The notes: a model not told the origin generated them from the sequence alone. 63,592 nucleotides of DNA, filler included, from Octopus bimaculoides (GCF_001194135.2; 5 parts of 5 records of this genome joined end to end with filler, not necessarily neighbours in it), one strand, 5' to 3'; positions 40,195 to 53,893 are shown, numbered from the whole stretch's first letter. Program-made: numbers and translations.

Positions 40195-41959
40195 TGTGTG
40201 CACTGATTAAAAACAGTATGCCTGGTTGAAAAACACGTCTATCCTGTAACAACCAGCACTTAGCCGAATTAACAATCAGAAGAGGTATCTTCCAAGGAGA
40301 CTCTTGTTCACCTCTGTTATTTATTATATGCTTGATCCCACTTTCTGTAGTCCTACGCAAAGTCAACGCGCACTATGAGCGGAGAAAGAATGAACCACAT
40401 CTCAGTCACCTTCTCTTAATGGATGATTTAAAATTGTTCGCAAAAACTGAAATAGAGAGGCTGGTTGTGACTGTGCAAATGTGCAGTAAAGATATAAGGA
40501 TGGAATTAGGTATCTCGAAGTGTGCGGTGCTTACTTTGAAGCGGGGGGTAAAGAGCAAATTGTAGAGGCATAGAATTGCCGAACGGAGAGAGAATGGAAA
40601 ATACAGTTGAAAATGGGTACAAGTACCTTGGGATTCTGGAACTGGACAATATCTGGCATAATGAAATGAAAAACGAAGTCATCAGTGCATATTTTAAGTG
40701 CCTTAAACTTCTCTTGAAATCAAAACTGAACTCAAGGAAACTTGTGACTGCCATCAGCATATGGGCTATAGTGCACATATCTTGATATGGACACAAGCGG
40801 AGATTAACCAACTCGATCGCAATACCGGAAAGACAATGACAATGTATGGTGCCCTCTACCATAAGGCGAATGTACACAGGCTCTACATGAAGAGGGGTAA
40901 AGGTGGACGTGAACTGATTTGCGTACGGGAGTGCATCAACAGTGAAAGAAGTAACACGGCAGAAGATTTGGTAAACAGCGAACAAGACTTGCTACAGTAT
41001 GCTGTTAATGCAGAAGGATTTAATAAAAACGGACTTGAGAGTGCTCATGAATTCCGATCAAGAACAGCCAGCAGGAGAGAAGAAACTCAACTCCGAATGT
41101 AATTACATGCTCAATTCCACCGTGAAACCAACACATTAAAAGACCAGGTACCATCATGGAGGTGGTTTAACAAGGGTGATTTAAACAAGAATGCTGGAAG
41201 ATTAATCATCGCTATCCAGGACCAGGCTTTGAACGCCAACTCCAGGCTGAACCTGAAAAAGACTATATACCACACGAGAACAACGGACCTCTTCAGAATG
41301 TGTGGGAAGAGGGTCGAATGCGTGACTCACATATTTAGCGCATGTCTTGCGCAGAAAGAGTACATGTGTAGACACGACAAGGTAGCCCCAAATCTCCACT
41401 GGCTACTATGCGGTAAGTATGGATATGAGGTAATGGGTGCCTGGTACCAACATATACCGGAAAAGTAATGGACGAAAAGGGGAAGGCAGAAATCCTTTGG
41501 GACTTTGAGTTCCAGACAGATAAGGTGTTAAAACACCGAAAGCCGGATATAGTAATTTTTGGGAGGGACAAACAAGAGTGCTTGATAATTAACGTGGCCG
41601 TGCCAAGAGATTAACATATCATCATGAAAGAAAGAGAAAAGGTTGGTTAATATGGAGACCTGAGAATTGAGATCGCTAAGATGTGGCAGCTACGAGAGTC
41701 AAACATAAAGGTTATCCCTATTGTCATCGGAGCATTTAGTTCAATAACACCCAAACTGAAAAACCATCTGAAAACTTTAGAAATCCCCTACAATCTAGGC
41801 GTATTGCAAAAGTCGGTATTACTTGGAACTGCACACATATTGTGTAAAGTACTGTCTGTCTGAGGTTCTTGTTGTAACTTGACAAACAGTACAAACCCCT
41901 GGTAGACACAATATCTTCAATCAACGACTTCACGATATTGTATACTGCGCGACGTCTAC

Positions 41960-41960
<1 letters not shown>
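40195..41960 (+). mobile_element. R4/Dong-type lineage D, 5'-truncated
   Basis: IRRGIFQGDS, SHLLLMDDLKLFAK, RMC...ECVTHIFSAC...RHDKVA, KPDIVI, LLGTAHILCKVLSV*; (TAA)n directly after the 3'UTR. Confidence 0.9.
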
Positions 41961-42041
<81 letters not shown>

Positions 42042-42051
42042 GTAATAATAA

Positions 42052-42370
42052 TAATGTGTCAGATAATTGAATTTACAGTCTCAATTGATGAAAAAGTCAA
42101 TATGAGAAGTATAGAGAAAATAGTAAAGTACCAGGACCTAGCTATTGAATTACAGAGACTATGGAAAGTGCGGATAAAATGGATCCCAGTAGATGTAGGA
42201 TACACTATAATTACTATCCCTAAAGATTTGAAGAAATAGGTATAAAACCCAGTTTAGTACGGCTCTAGGAAACAAGGTTATTAGGGACAGCTACGATACT
42301 TAGCACGGTTCTTAACATTTAAGGTTACTTGTAGCTCGATCTTAGAATTTTTTCTGTTCCAACAATCTAA
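42052..42370 (+). mobile_element. R4/Dong-type lineage F, RLE fragment
   Basis: CQIIEFTVSID...EKIVKYQDLAIELQRLW...LLGTATILSTVLNI*; (AAT)n on both sides. Confidence 0.8.
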
Positions 42371-42391
42371 TTTGTTGTGTATATAATAACA

Positions 42392-42473
<82 letters not shown>

Positions 42474-42584
42474 TGATGATGATGATGATGATGATAATGA
42501 TCATGATCATCATCAATAATATTAATTCCTCTAACTTTTTGTTTTTGTACGTAGCTGTTGTGCGCGTCACACTCCAAAGAAGTG

Positions 42585-43020
42585 GCAAAGCGAGAGAGAG
42601 GAGGACAGAGAGGAAGTAAGAGAAAAAGAGAGAGTGAATGAGAGAGAGAGAGAGAGTGAATGAGAGAGAGAGAGAGAGTGAGAGTGAATGAGAGAGAGAG
42701 AGAGTGAGAGTGAAAGAAAGAGTGAAAGTGACAGTGAATGGTGATAGCATTCGTTTTGTGTTTTTAAATGTTTCAGAGAGGACGTAAGACAGAAAGAAAG
42801 ACAGTGAGAGAGAGACAGAGAGAGAGAAAAAGAGAGGGAGAGAGATAGTGAAAAAGAGACAGTGAGTTGTGACGGCGTTCGTTTTGTGTTTTTAAATGTT
42901 TATCAAATCGCAAGAGAAGTAGATACAGAGATACATATACACATTTTAAAATCAAAAGCGGGAGAGAAGAGGGACTCAAAGGAAGTGAAAAAGAAAGTGA
43001 GAAAGTGAAAGAGACAGTAG
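42585..43020. repeat. GA-rich low-complexity tract with short direct duplication
   Basis: ttcgttttgtgtttttaaatgttt occurs twice (~42751 and ~42878). Confidence 0.8.
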
Positions 43021-43413
43021 ATAAATCCAAAGAAAAGTTCTTACACAGGTACATAGACAGCAAATATTGGCTGTTAATTTCACTTTTCATTACCACACGA
43101 GGATAAAATTAACTCACAAATGGCTGAGTACTCCACTGCCATGCATAACAACACAGTTCTCAGGAAGATTCAGCCTCACACATATGAGAAGGCTGGTCCC
43201 TTTTTTTAATTACAGCTACAACTCGAGACATAAACNNNNNNNNNNNNNNNNNNNNNNNNNNNNNNNNNNNNNNNNNNNNTTAATTAATTAANNNNNNNNN
43301 NNNNNNNNNNNNNNNNNNNNNNNNNNNNNNNNNNNAAATAAGACATCTAAAATCGCACTCTTCGTCTTGACTAATTACCTTCGTGAAGAGTTACGTCAAT
43401 CCTTTTTTTAAAA

Positions 43414-43503
<90 letters not shown>

Positions 43504-43510
43504 TATTACT

Positions 43511-45872
43511 CAATAGTCTTATTTTTATAACGTGCTTTCACTGCACTACCGAGCGAAGCTCTGTGTATCTTGGGTATGTGCTGCAGTTTGTTGTGATGCT
43601 CTTATACTTACTGTATTGAAAGTGTTTTACGTAGGATGTGTGCGGTGTCTAGTAGTGCAATTTTCTGTATGTTATATATATTTGTTAGTCCTGGTGTTTT
43701 TCTTATGTATTTGTCTGAATATTTTTTATCATACCTAATGCGCCTACTATGATAGGAATTGTTTCTGTTTTTAGACTCCACATTCGAGTTGCCTCTATTT
43801 CCAGGTCTTTGTAGTTTGAAAGTTTCTCCATTTCTTTTAGAGAAACGGTGTCATCTATTGGTATTGATACATCAATTAGAAAGCATTTTTTTCTTCGTGA
43901 TCTCTGACAACTATATCTGGTCTATTGGCCTTAATTTCTCTATCTGTGTGTATTGGCATATCCCATGGTATTGTTGCTTTCTCATTTTCTGTGACCTTTT
44001 CTGGCGTGTGCCTATACCATCTTTTTACTGTTGTTATTCCATAGTGTTGGCATAGATTCCAGTGTATGTAGGTTCCACCTCTGTCGTATCAGTGAATATA
44101 TTCCTTCTTAGTCAGGACTGGGCAGCAAGAGACAATATGATTTATTGTTTCTGGTCTATTTCCACATATTCTGCAGTTACTTGTTATGTTTCTTTTCATA
44201 ATATGTTTTTGGTAATTTCTGGTGGGGAGGCTTGTGTTGCAATTAAAATCCTTCAGTCTCTGCTTTGAGTCCTGAGCTTTTCAGCCATCGTTGGGATTTT
44301 GCTTTGTCTATTTCTTTTGCTTTTAGCTTAACCTAGTATTTGCCATGAAGAGGCTTTTCGTGCCATCGTTTTATCATGAACCGTTGTTGTTCTAGTGTTA
44401 GTTTGGATTTCATTTGTTTTACAGTTTTTGTTGTTTCTTCTTTTTCTTCATAGTTGTCAGGTAGTATGACTTCTTGTTTATATTTGTCAGCTTCCTTAAA
44501 GACTGAAAACAGTTTTTGTTTTGTTCGTGTTTTGTGGCTATTTGTATTAATTTTCCTTGCTTCTGAAGTAGGTATTTTTTTTTTAGTCCTATGGCGGTTA
44601 TTTTGTAATAGTTTTCTAGCTCTACCAACCTTTCTATGTCAGATTTTGGGTGGTGCATCCTAAACCTTGTCATTATTTTTCTTGTTTTCCTGTCTATTTT
44701 GATTAGTTCCTTTAGTGTCCAGTTAAGGATATTGTAGCTGTAACTTATAACTGGGACGGCTAAAGTGTTGATACCTATTATCTTGTTTTTCGCATTGAGC
44801 TCTATTTTCAGTATCAATCTAATTCGTCTATAGTATTATTTTTTATTTTCTCTTTCATTTGTGTGTGCTGTATCGTATCTAGTTCATTGATCCCTAAATA
44901 TTTGTATGTCTGGCTTTGGTCTAATTTTCTTATTTCATTTGCTTTATCTAGTGTGAGGTTGCTACTCTTAACTAGTTTTTCTCTTTTCAAGATTGCTTTG
45001 GCACATTTTTCTAAGCCAAATTTCATATCTATTTCTTTGGTAAATCCATGTACTGTCTGTAGTAATGTTTCCAGCTATTTATCATTTGTAGCGCACAGTT
45101 TTATGCCATCTATATATAAGAGGTAGCTGATTATTTTGCGGTAACACTTGTATCCACATCCAGTTTAGCATGTCTGATAAAGGTGTCAGAGCCAAGCAGA
45201 AACGGAGTGGAGAGAGTGTGTCTCCCTGGAATATTTCTCTTCTAATGGGGATGGCTTTGGTTTTATGAGTTCCTCTTTTGTTTGGAGCTGTAGCACTGTC
45301 TGCCATTTATTCATGGAATGTGTTATATATTTTATGATTATTGGTGCTACCTTGTTTATGGCTAGTGTTTCTAGGATCCATGTGTGGGAAATACTATCAA
45401 AAGCCTTTCGGTAATCGATCCAGGTCATACTTAGACCCTTCCTATTTCTGCGGCTGTCTTCAGTTATGGCTTTATTGATCATTAGTTGTTCTCTACAGCT
45501 GTAGGAGCCCTTGCAACATCCCTTCTGCTCTTCTGGAAAGAGATTGTTTTCTTCCAGATGCTTGTTCATTCTCCGCGATATTATTGCAGTAAAGGCTTTG
45601 TAAATTGTAGGGGGATAAGTTATCGGTCTGTAATCTTGTGACCTTGCCGTTTCAGTGGATTTGGAAATTAGGATAGTTTTCCCTTCCGTGAGTCATTTAG
45701 GCATTGTCTCTGGCTCTGCTAGTATGTCATTAAATTTCTCAGCCAGCTTTTTATGTGTTCCGCTCAGATATTTTAACCAGAATTTGGGGATCTTATTGTT
45801 CCCGGGTGCCTTCCAGTTGCTTAGTTTTTGCAGTGCCTGGGTGACCTCTTCAGTTGTTATAGGGCTCAAGAG
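43511..45872 (-). mobile_element. R4/Dong-type lineage A, ~2.4-kb 5'-truncated copy
   Basis: RT motifs YRPITYPP, EEQKGC, WIDYRKAFDSISH, IFQGDTLSP, MKFGLEKCA; 3' end matches 1-367; (TTA)n at 43414-43508. Confidence 0.92.
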
Positions 45873-47270
45873 TTATTGAGTTCGTTGTTTTGATAGCCCC
45901 TTTTCTGAGGTTGTTCCTTCGCCGACCATATTTCTTTCTAAAATTCTTCCACTTCTGCTGAGTGATACCATACGATATTCGAAGGCCGCCTGCACTGATC
46001 TCAGGCCTTTATCACCGTCATTTCTTCTTAGGTAGAGCCTGTCAACATCACTGTTTCTGTGGAAGTTCCCAGTTGTTGTCAGGATTTTTCGGGTTTTGAT
46101 GTCTATGGAGTGGATTTCCTCTACAAACCAATCAAGTATCCCAAGTGTTGGGATCAGCGCTGGTACTGCAAATGCATTGTGGGATATTGTTTTGTTGTAA
46201 GAAGAGAGTTCCAACTGCCATATTTTCCTAAGTCTGGTGTAATATTCTCAGGTCACTCTATCTTTATTCACAGTGCCTTCATATGATGCATTTTCGTCTA
46301 TGCCTAGGTACTTTAACGTTCTTTGTGTGGAATGGGAAAGATAGAGAGAGACCGTTGATACACAAGTTTTGGGTTTGGGGGACTGTCTCTCTTCGTTCTA
46401 TAACCAAATATGAACATTTCTTTTGGCCAAATTCCATTCCTGTATCAGCTGAAAATGTTGTTATTAATTCCAGTTAGTTTTTTTTTGTTTGTTTTTTTGC
46501 ATTGTTAACACCTTTCGCATAAATCTTCAGGTCGTCTACAAAGAAATTATGAGTTACATTGATATTTCTGGTAGTTGAAGATCCTAGCATGTAACCATTT
46601 GTTTTCTGCAGTAGGAACGATTATGGATTCAGGGCCAAAATGAAAATAAGTACAGAAAGACTATCTCCCTGGAATATTCCCTTTGTAATGTCTATACTAT
46701 TAGAAACAATTATTCTGTTCTCAGTTGTAAGGATAAGAATAGTTGTCCATGTCTTTGTGAGTCTCCCTATAGCAGCAATTAAGGTAGTAGGTACTTTGCC
46801 AGATGTAGGCACTTCAACAGCCATGACTGAGGGATAGATTTGAATGCCTTCTTATAGTCAAGCCATACTGTCACAAGGTTTCTGCGTTGTTTTCTTACAG
46901 GACAGCTTTGTTTATTAAAAGTTGTTTGGCACATCCCCACACTCCCTTCTTTCCACCAGCTTGTTCATCAGTCACAATGTTGTTCGACTCACAATGGTCC
47001 TGAAGGAATTGGTTGAAGCAACTTGTGTACAGTTTGTACATAACGTTTAGGCAAGCAATGGGCCTGTAGTTTCCTGCCATCTCGGTGATTCCATTTTGGG
47101 CAACAAGATTACTCCTTGCTGTAGCAAGCCAATTTGGTACATCAGTCTGACCCTCCATAGTCCTTTTGAACATACATATCAAGTGGTTTCTATAAAATGT
47201 CAGCATCTTGTACCAATCAATATCCAACTATTAGGTCCCTTCCAGGTGCCTTCCCATTTTGCAGCTTACC
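45873..47270 (-). mobile_element. R4/Dong-type lineage B, RT fragment
   Basis: NYRPIACLN, DEQAGGKKG, DYKKAF, GIFQGDSLS, FFVDDLK, DVDRLYLRR. Confidence 0.88.
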
Positions 47271-47679
47271 TACTGCTATAGCGAAGTATGTATGTATGTA
47301 TGTATGTATGTATGTATGTATGCATGTATGTATTATACACTCACATATATATTCTATATACCTGAGCATATACAAACAGTAGATGGTGCACATGCTCTCT
47401 TTGAAATATGTGCTGTATGATTTGTATAATTTGAAGTGTATATATGTATATAGGTGTGTGGGTGTATATATTTATGTGTGTGTGTGTGTGTGTGCGTGCG
47501 TGCGTGTGTGTGCGCGTGTGTGTGTGTGTGCCTGTGTGTGTGTGAAATGTTAACTTGCTTAGTTTCATGCACGTATGTATAAACTCATGCATGCAGATAT
47601 TTTTGCACATGTGCATATATGCATGAAGGAATGATATGTAATATATTCTTTATATATGAATTACTTGAGGATGAAATGA

Positions 47680-47772
47680 TGAAAGGCGAAGTCGACTTTA
47701 GTGGAATTTGAACGCAGAACGTGAAGACTGGCGAAATGCCACTAAGCATTTTGCCCGGCGCGATACACGGAA
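47680..47772 (-). mobile_element. SINE family A, 5' half
   Basis: Reverse complement of the head of the 36361 copy. Confidence 0.75.
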
Positions 47773-47795
47773 ACGATAATAATAACAAAAATGAG

Positions 47796-48412
47796 AGATC
47801 TATTTCAAAACGGGGGCACCAGTATTTTCTTAACGAAACACAAACGAAACACTTTGAAACTTGGGACACTGGTAGAATGTGTCATATAAAACATCTTTTA
47901 CTCTTAGTCTTCTTAACAAAAAAATGTACATCGCAAGTTATTCCATGTTAAAGTTGTCATATTTCTGTAATTTCAACCAATCACTGACGTCTATTCAGCT
48001 GAATAGAGTTACTGCTGGGCGGTCATAAAAATGTTATTCCCTGTGACATATTTCATCCGGTTTAATCGTAATTTATACGCATATATTGTTTATATAATAA
48101 ATTACGCTGTGCGTATCTATGTGTGTAACAATTTTAGAGTTCTGATTCTAGAGTTAGGGTTAGTTTTAGGGTTAGGGTTAGGGTTAGGGTTAGGGGATTG
48201 ATACGATATACACCGTTACAGCGCTAACTGTTTTCAACTGAATAGACGTCAGTGATTAGACAATTTTTTACATGAAATAAATTCGAATACAAAAATATTT
48301 TTCTGTTCTATAACACAAAATAGATAAGTATACGAAGTTTGAAAGTCTTTCCGTACCAAAAACACTACATAAAACATAAATGAAAACTGGCGCCCCGTTT
48401 TAAAATAGATCC
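47796..48412. mobile_element. 617-bp non-autonomous TIR element with 8-bp TSD and internal (TTAGGG)n
   Basis: TIR agatctatttcaaaacgggggcaccagt / actggcgccccgttttaaaatagatcc; TSD AAAATGAG (47788-47795, 48413-48420); inner inverted repeat aatcactgacgtctattcag. Confidence 0.9.
48154..48195 (+). repeat. Telomere-type repeat: 6 TTAGGG + 1 TTAGTT
   Basis: Direct reading. Confidence 0.95.
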
Positions 48413-49539
48413 AAAATGAGAACAAAGAGCAGAAAAACGAACGACTTGTTCTTTGAATTCACCCGCAAGTTTCACCGTAACCTCCTCCGCCACCATTAAC
48501 ACCAATGCAAGAAAATTAAGGCACAACAACTTACAAATTTGACGTTAACGGGTTTGCCGACGTCATCCGCTGGAAGAAGTCGGAAGAATTAATAATGCGA
48601 AAAACACTCATTCGAGGTCAGGACGAAATGATGTGTCAAATGTGTCGGGATCCATCCGACTAGAGACCAACTATACAAAATCATAACAGCAACAAGCAAG
48701 AAAATGGATCAGGCGACACAGCAGCAAGTAGAAGAATGCCCCAGATTCATATAGGGAGTCAAAACATACGTCGCTAGGGTATGCATAGCACAAAATAGGT
48801 GAGATTCCCACTAGAGAATGAGATGAGGAAACACTCCACTATAACCCAAAAGACCAGCAGCCACTAAAGCAGCAGCGGCTGTAATAGCGACAACAGCAGC
48901 AACAACAACAATGAAAGAAACCCCGCTTCCCATCACTGAGAACGAAGAGCAGAAAAACAAATGAAACGCCCAAACAATAACAGAACAAAGACAATGACGC
49001 CCCACGACATACTCCTCCTTGTAGGAAGCTATTCAGACATACCGCATGACAGAGATAACGGGGCAGAAAGCAAATGGCAATATGTAACAAAGAAAAATGG
49101 AAAGAGGAAAAACACGCCAACAAAATAATTAATGGTGAGGGGTTCAAACAGACAGAAGTACCTTCCAACATCGATGCCAACAATAACAACACCACCAAAA
49201 CTACCAAGGTCATTATCACTACCACCATCACCACCATGACAACCGCCATGAGCACAGACATAACCAGCATCACAAATACCAACAAACCCCATTATACTTG
49301 CAAACAAAGAGCAAGAACAGCAAAGAAAAAAGTTTCACTGCCACAAATACAAACAACAAAAAACTACTGACAAACACACCAATACACACACACACGTGTG
49401 TGTGTGTGTATGTGTGTGTGTGTAAATAGAAGAAAGCTTTACTTGTGAAAACGAACTATATAAGAATGCAAAACATACTTTCGATGTACTTTCCGCTAAT
49501 CAAAATCAAAGAAGGGATGTGTTTACAATCGTACATTAA

Positions 49540-50761
49540 TCATTTTCACAGTTAAGGCTTCCTAATATTAAATATATTTCACTTCCCGTGTTCTTAAGCT
49601 CTATGAAGAAGCTCAAGCTTTTGAACCGAAAAAGGCAACTGGTAGACCACGCAAAACCACCATGCGAGATGATTGAGCCATGAAACGGAAGGATGTTTTC
49701 GAGACTGCGGCTGGAATTTCTAAGAAAATAAAAGTAAATAATGGTACAAAAGTGAGCCGCTTTACAGTGTCTCATCGTCTGAAGGAATTTGGATTAAAGA
49801 CTTGTTCCCTAGCAACGAAACCTACCATCAATAAGAAGAACAAATTGGAAAGACTTTCATTTGCAGAAGCTCGTGTGTACTGGAGGGGTGAAAATTGGTC
49901 AAAGGTTCATTTTTAGCGATGAAAACAAATTCAATTTAGTAGGTTCAGATGGTAGACAGTATGTTAGGAGCTTCACAGAAGATCGGCTGAAATCCACTTA
50001 CCTGAAGAAATCTGCCAAATTTGGAGGAGGAAGCGTCATGGTGTGGGGAATGATTTCTTCTGAAGGAGTTGGCCCTCTAGCGCAGATTAAAGGGACTATT
50101 AATGCTAATATCTATTTGAATTTGGTTAAACAGCATGTAATCCCATCATTACGAGCATTTCCGAATCAACCGAACATTTTCATGCAAGATAACACCTCTT
50201 GTCATACTGCAAAGTGTGTCACTGAATTCTTTAGTGAACAAAATATCCAAGTAATGAAGTGGCCAGCAGAAAGTCCAGACTTAAATCCAATTGGAAACCT
50301 TTGGAAGATACATAGAGACAAATTAACAAAAAGNNNNNNNNNNNNNNNNNNNNNNNNNNNNNNNNNNNNNNNNNNNNNNNNNNNAGTAACACCTGACTTG
50401 TGCAGGAAACTTATATCCTGTGGCAATCGATGTGCAGAGGTGATCTCCAACAAAGGTCTACAAACATCATACTAACTGTATTAAGTTCATATTTGCATCT
50501 CTTTCATCATTATTATGGTTTTGATTTAATTGAAGCATTTTTTGGTTTGATCGTTCTCTTATTTTGCGCATGAGAGATTTGGACGAAACTAGTGTTAGTA
50601 TTATTAACTTTTATTAAGACCATTAAACAAACATAAATTTTTCACAGAATTTAGCTAATGGTTAACCATATTTACGAAACCAATTGCGAATTTGTACGTT
50701 TACTAGCTTTTCCGAAATTAAAAAAAAAAAATTAATCGCTCTCTTTTTTCGCTCGCCACTG
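49540..50761 (+). mobile_element. Tc1-family transposon, 5'-truncated, pseudogenised transposase
   Basis: GRPRKTT, FSDENKF, FGGGSVMVWG, FMQDNTSCH, WPAESPDLNPIGNLW; 3' end cgctcgccactg followed by TA. Confidence 0.92.
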
Positions 50762-51435
50762 TATGTTTAGTTATCCCAAACAGAACCATTTTTCCAAATG
50801 TACGCACATATGTGCATATGTGAATGAGTGTACATGTAAATATGCAAGTAAGTATATGTATGTTTGTATATATGAATGTGTGTATATATGTGTTTTACGA
50901 GCGTATATGTATGCTTTTGTGTGTAGGTATACGTGTGTCTACCAGTGCATATATGCTTGTAGGCATGTGTTATAACGTGTAAATATATGAGTGAGTGTGT
51001 ATTTTTTTGTACACATACATATATATATATATATGTAATTGTGGCTATATGTATGTGTATTCAAATGTATGTGTTTGTGTATGTGTGGTGTATGTGTACA
51101 AATACATATGTAAATGTGTAGATGTGTGTATACACAGAGAGACCCGAGCACACATATATATTTGTGTATGTGTATATGTATTTCTGCATCTGTCATTGTA
51201 TGTGTGCGTATATGTATGTATGGGTGAGTGTCGGGTCGCCTTGATTGCTACTGCTAACATGTATTTTAGTATAACCCGTTTCACGGTTGGTTCGTCAGCA
51301 ACTAAACCGGCTTCTCCACTAGACAATCTTCCTGAGGACGTTTGATAGAAACCCAGCAATACTATTACAAGAGCTGTCAAAAAGACTGATGAACCCAAAT
51401 GGTGTCAATGAACATCTTGAAATATTATGTATAGA

Positions 51436-51685
51436 TGGCGAGCTGGCAGAATTGTTAGGACGCTGGACAAAAATGCTCATCCGTATTCCTATCGGAGAAA
51501 CAGGCTTTCACTATATCTATGGATTTAGTCTTATTTGTAAACTGCTGATAATAACACACTGGGTTTACGTCCTGAGTTCTTCCTTTCGAGATCGATAAAA
51601 TATTATCAGTCAAGTACTAGGGTCAATTTAATCGACAAACCCGACCTCACCAAAAACTTTTCAGGCCTTGTGCCTATATTAAAAA
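51436..51685 (+). mobile_element. SINE family A with 72-bp insert (51490-51561)
   Basis: Head and core present; the insert matches 53940-54008. Confidence 0.75.
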
Positions 51686-51929
51686 GAAAAAAGGTATTAC
51701 GTATACGAAAAGAGACTTTCAAGATAATGAACAAGCAGCAGCAAAACAAATTTGTATTTCATTAGTTTCTGTCAGATCCTCTGACTAGGAAAGCAGCCGA
51801 TAGATTTCTTTAGACCTAGTGGGACGTTTCTGAGACGTTCAGAAAGACGAAGACAAAGACAAAGGGTGGGCACACAGGACGTAAAACAACATACAAATGT
51901 CACTTTTAAGGTGTACCGATGGGTGTGTG

Positions 51930-53720
51930 TTTATGCTAAGGTAGGGTAGTGGATGAATGCGGAAGTAGATGTGTATAGGTATGCGTGTGTCAGCATGACG
52001 GTGTTTCTAAGTATGTATCTGAGCGTGCTGGTGTACGTGGAAATGTCAAGTCGACATGATGGGAGAGGAGATGAGGGGTGTGTATGTATGTACGTAAGCA
52101 ACAGATGTATGAGGTGGGGTGGCGGTGAAAATATTTTGTACGTGACGGCCTTTTTGTTGTGAGAGTGATTGTGAGAGCGGTGTAGGTGTGAGTAAGGTGT
52201 TTGGGAGCGACATGCGAGAGGAGAAAAAGAGAGATTGACAAAGGAGAGGGTAATATAGTGAGGGAGCAAGAAGGGAGAAAGGTTTAAGAGAATTGATGAG
52301 GAGAATTCAAACCGAAATTCGTATGTATTGGGGAGAAAATAAGAGCTTCTGTTCTGAGAGCATATGATGTGAGATTTGAAGGTGGTGTATACACAGAAGA
52401 CCGATAGGTGAAATGGTCAACGGAATGGAATTGTCAAGAAACAGGAGACCGGTTGGCAAGTCGGATGTCTCTGTGGTGCTTCACGAAGCTATCAGCCAGT
52501 CGCTGCCGGTTTCTCCGATAAAGAAAAGATTGCAAGGGGACCACTGAAGCGCAAATTTCAGATTAGTGGAGGTGCAGCGTAAGGAGTCTCCAATGTTTGA
52601 AACCAATGAAAGAGGTGGAATAAGAAAGAAGAGGGGAGATATGACAGTGAGAGCGGGAGCAGGGAAGGGATCCAGGAAAGGTCAGGATATAGGAGAGGAG
52701 AAGCTACGGATGAAGGAAGGGATGAATGTAAGAGGGAAGAAACTGGAGGTAGCAGGAAAGATGAAAGTGGCAGATGATGCTTTGTAGGGACAGAGTGGTA
52801 GAGCGGTAGGTAGGAATATACAGTGGATGGGATTCTGGATGGGGAGTATGAAGGTTGATGTGCGATCAACGGTACGGGCACGAAAAGGGTAACTTGGATA
52901 CGGATGGGTAGGTAACCACGTCGAATGAAGAGACGGGTCATATGTCAAGTCAGGGTCGTGAAGTCGTGGTTGCTGCTGCACAGGTACCGGAGAGGGAAGA
53001 ACTGGGAATAGAGGATGGAGAGCTTGGTGTGAGTGGAGCGCGAGGAGAAGTCAGAGTAGGAGTGAGAGTTTGAGCTGTTATAGAAGATGAAGCTGGAGTG
53101 GATGAGATTAAAGTTGTTGATGAAGACGATGACAGCGTAATCGTGAAAAGTGGTATTGAAGATGGATGACGTAAATTGAAGAGGAAGGTGAAAAAAAGAA
53201 TGAGATGAAAGTGTTTCGATCCTCGCAGCAGAAAGAGATGGCACCGAAACAGTCATCGATATAACGGTTATATAGCTCTAGATTAGGCTAGGTAAACTAA
53301 GTGAAGATTTGGAACTCAACATAGTCGACAAATAGGATGGCAAAGTTGGATTTGACTCTCAGTGACATTTTCATGCATCTCGCCCGTGAAGGAGAAACAA
53401 TAAAAGGTGAACATGAGCCCGGCTAGATGAAGGAGAGCAGAAGTACTAGGGCAGAGAGTAGGGTGGCGGTCGAGGGCGTGTTTGAAAGCCCAGAGGCCCT
53501 TATTATGAGAGATGATGGTGTAAAGAGGCTTGATGATCATGGTGAAAATGAGGCGAAGGGATCGGGGTTGAAGGCGAAAGAATGGAAGAAACTGAAAGCA
53601 TTGTTGGTGTTATGGATGTGACAGAGGTGGGCAGTAGTCAGTGGCCCAAGAAGGATATCGAGTTAAGAGGAAATGAGTTCAGGCAGGGATGATGGGGCGG
53701 TTAGAGTTCTGGGTCTCATG
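51930..53720 (-). mobile_element. Penelope-like element (RT + GIY-YIG), decayed
   Basis: FTMIIKPLYTIISHNKGL, YNRYIDDCFGA, SHSYSDFSSRSTHTKLSILYSQF, PCNLFFIGETG...HRDIRL; purine-rich 3'UTR at 51930-52290. Confidence 0.9.
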
Positions 53721-53893
53721 GATTTTGAGGAGCAACACCACTACTGCTGGCTATATTAAAGACTGTTGTAAGCCAAAGGGAACCCCAACTATTACTGCTA
53801 CTACTACTACTACTACTACTGTCCCTCCTCCCACCACCAACCATTCCATTCTCACCACCACCTTATATCATTTTCCTCAACGGAGGGAAACAA

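Noticed and set aside
48154-48195. Chromosome end or fusion scar
   Set aside because: Only 7 units, in one orientation, inside a TSD-flanked TIR element
51325-51400. Hammerhead-like CTGAGGA...GAAAC and a nearby CTGATGA
   Set aside because: No stem II closing pair and no matching stem III/cleavage triplet; at best a fully decayed PLE tail
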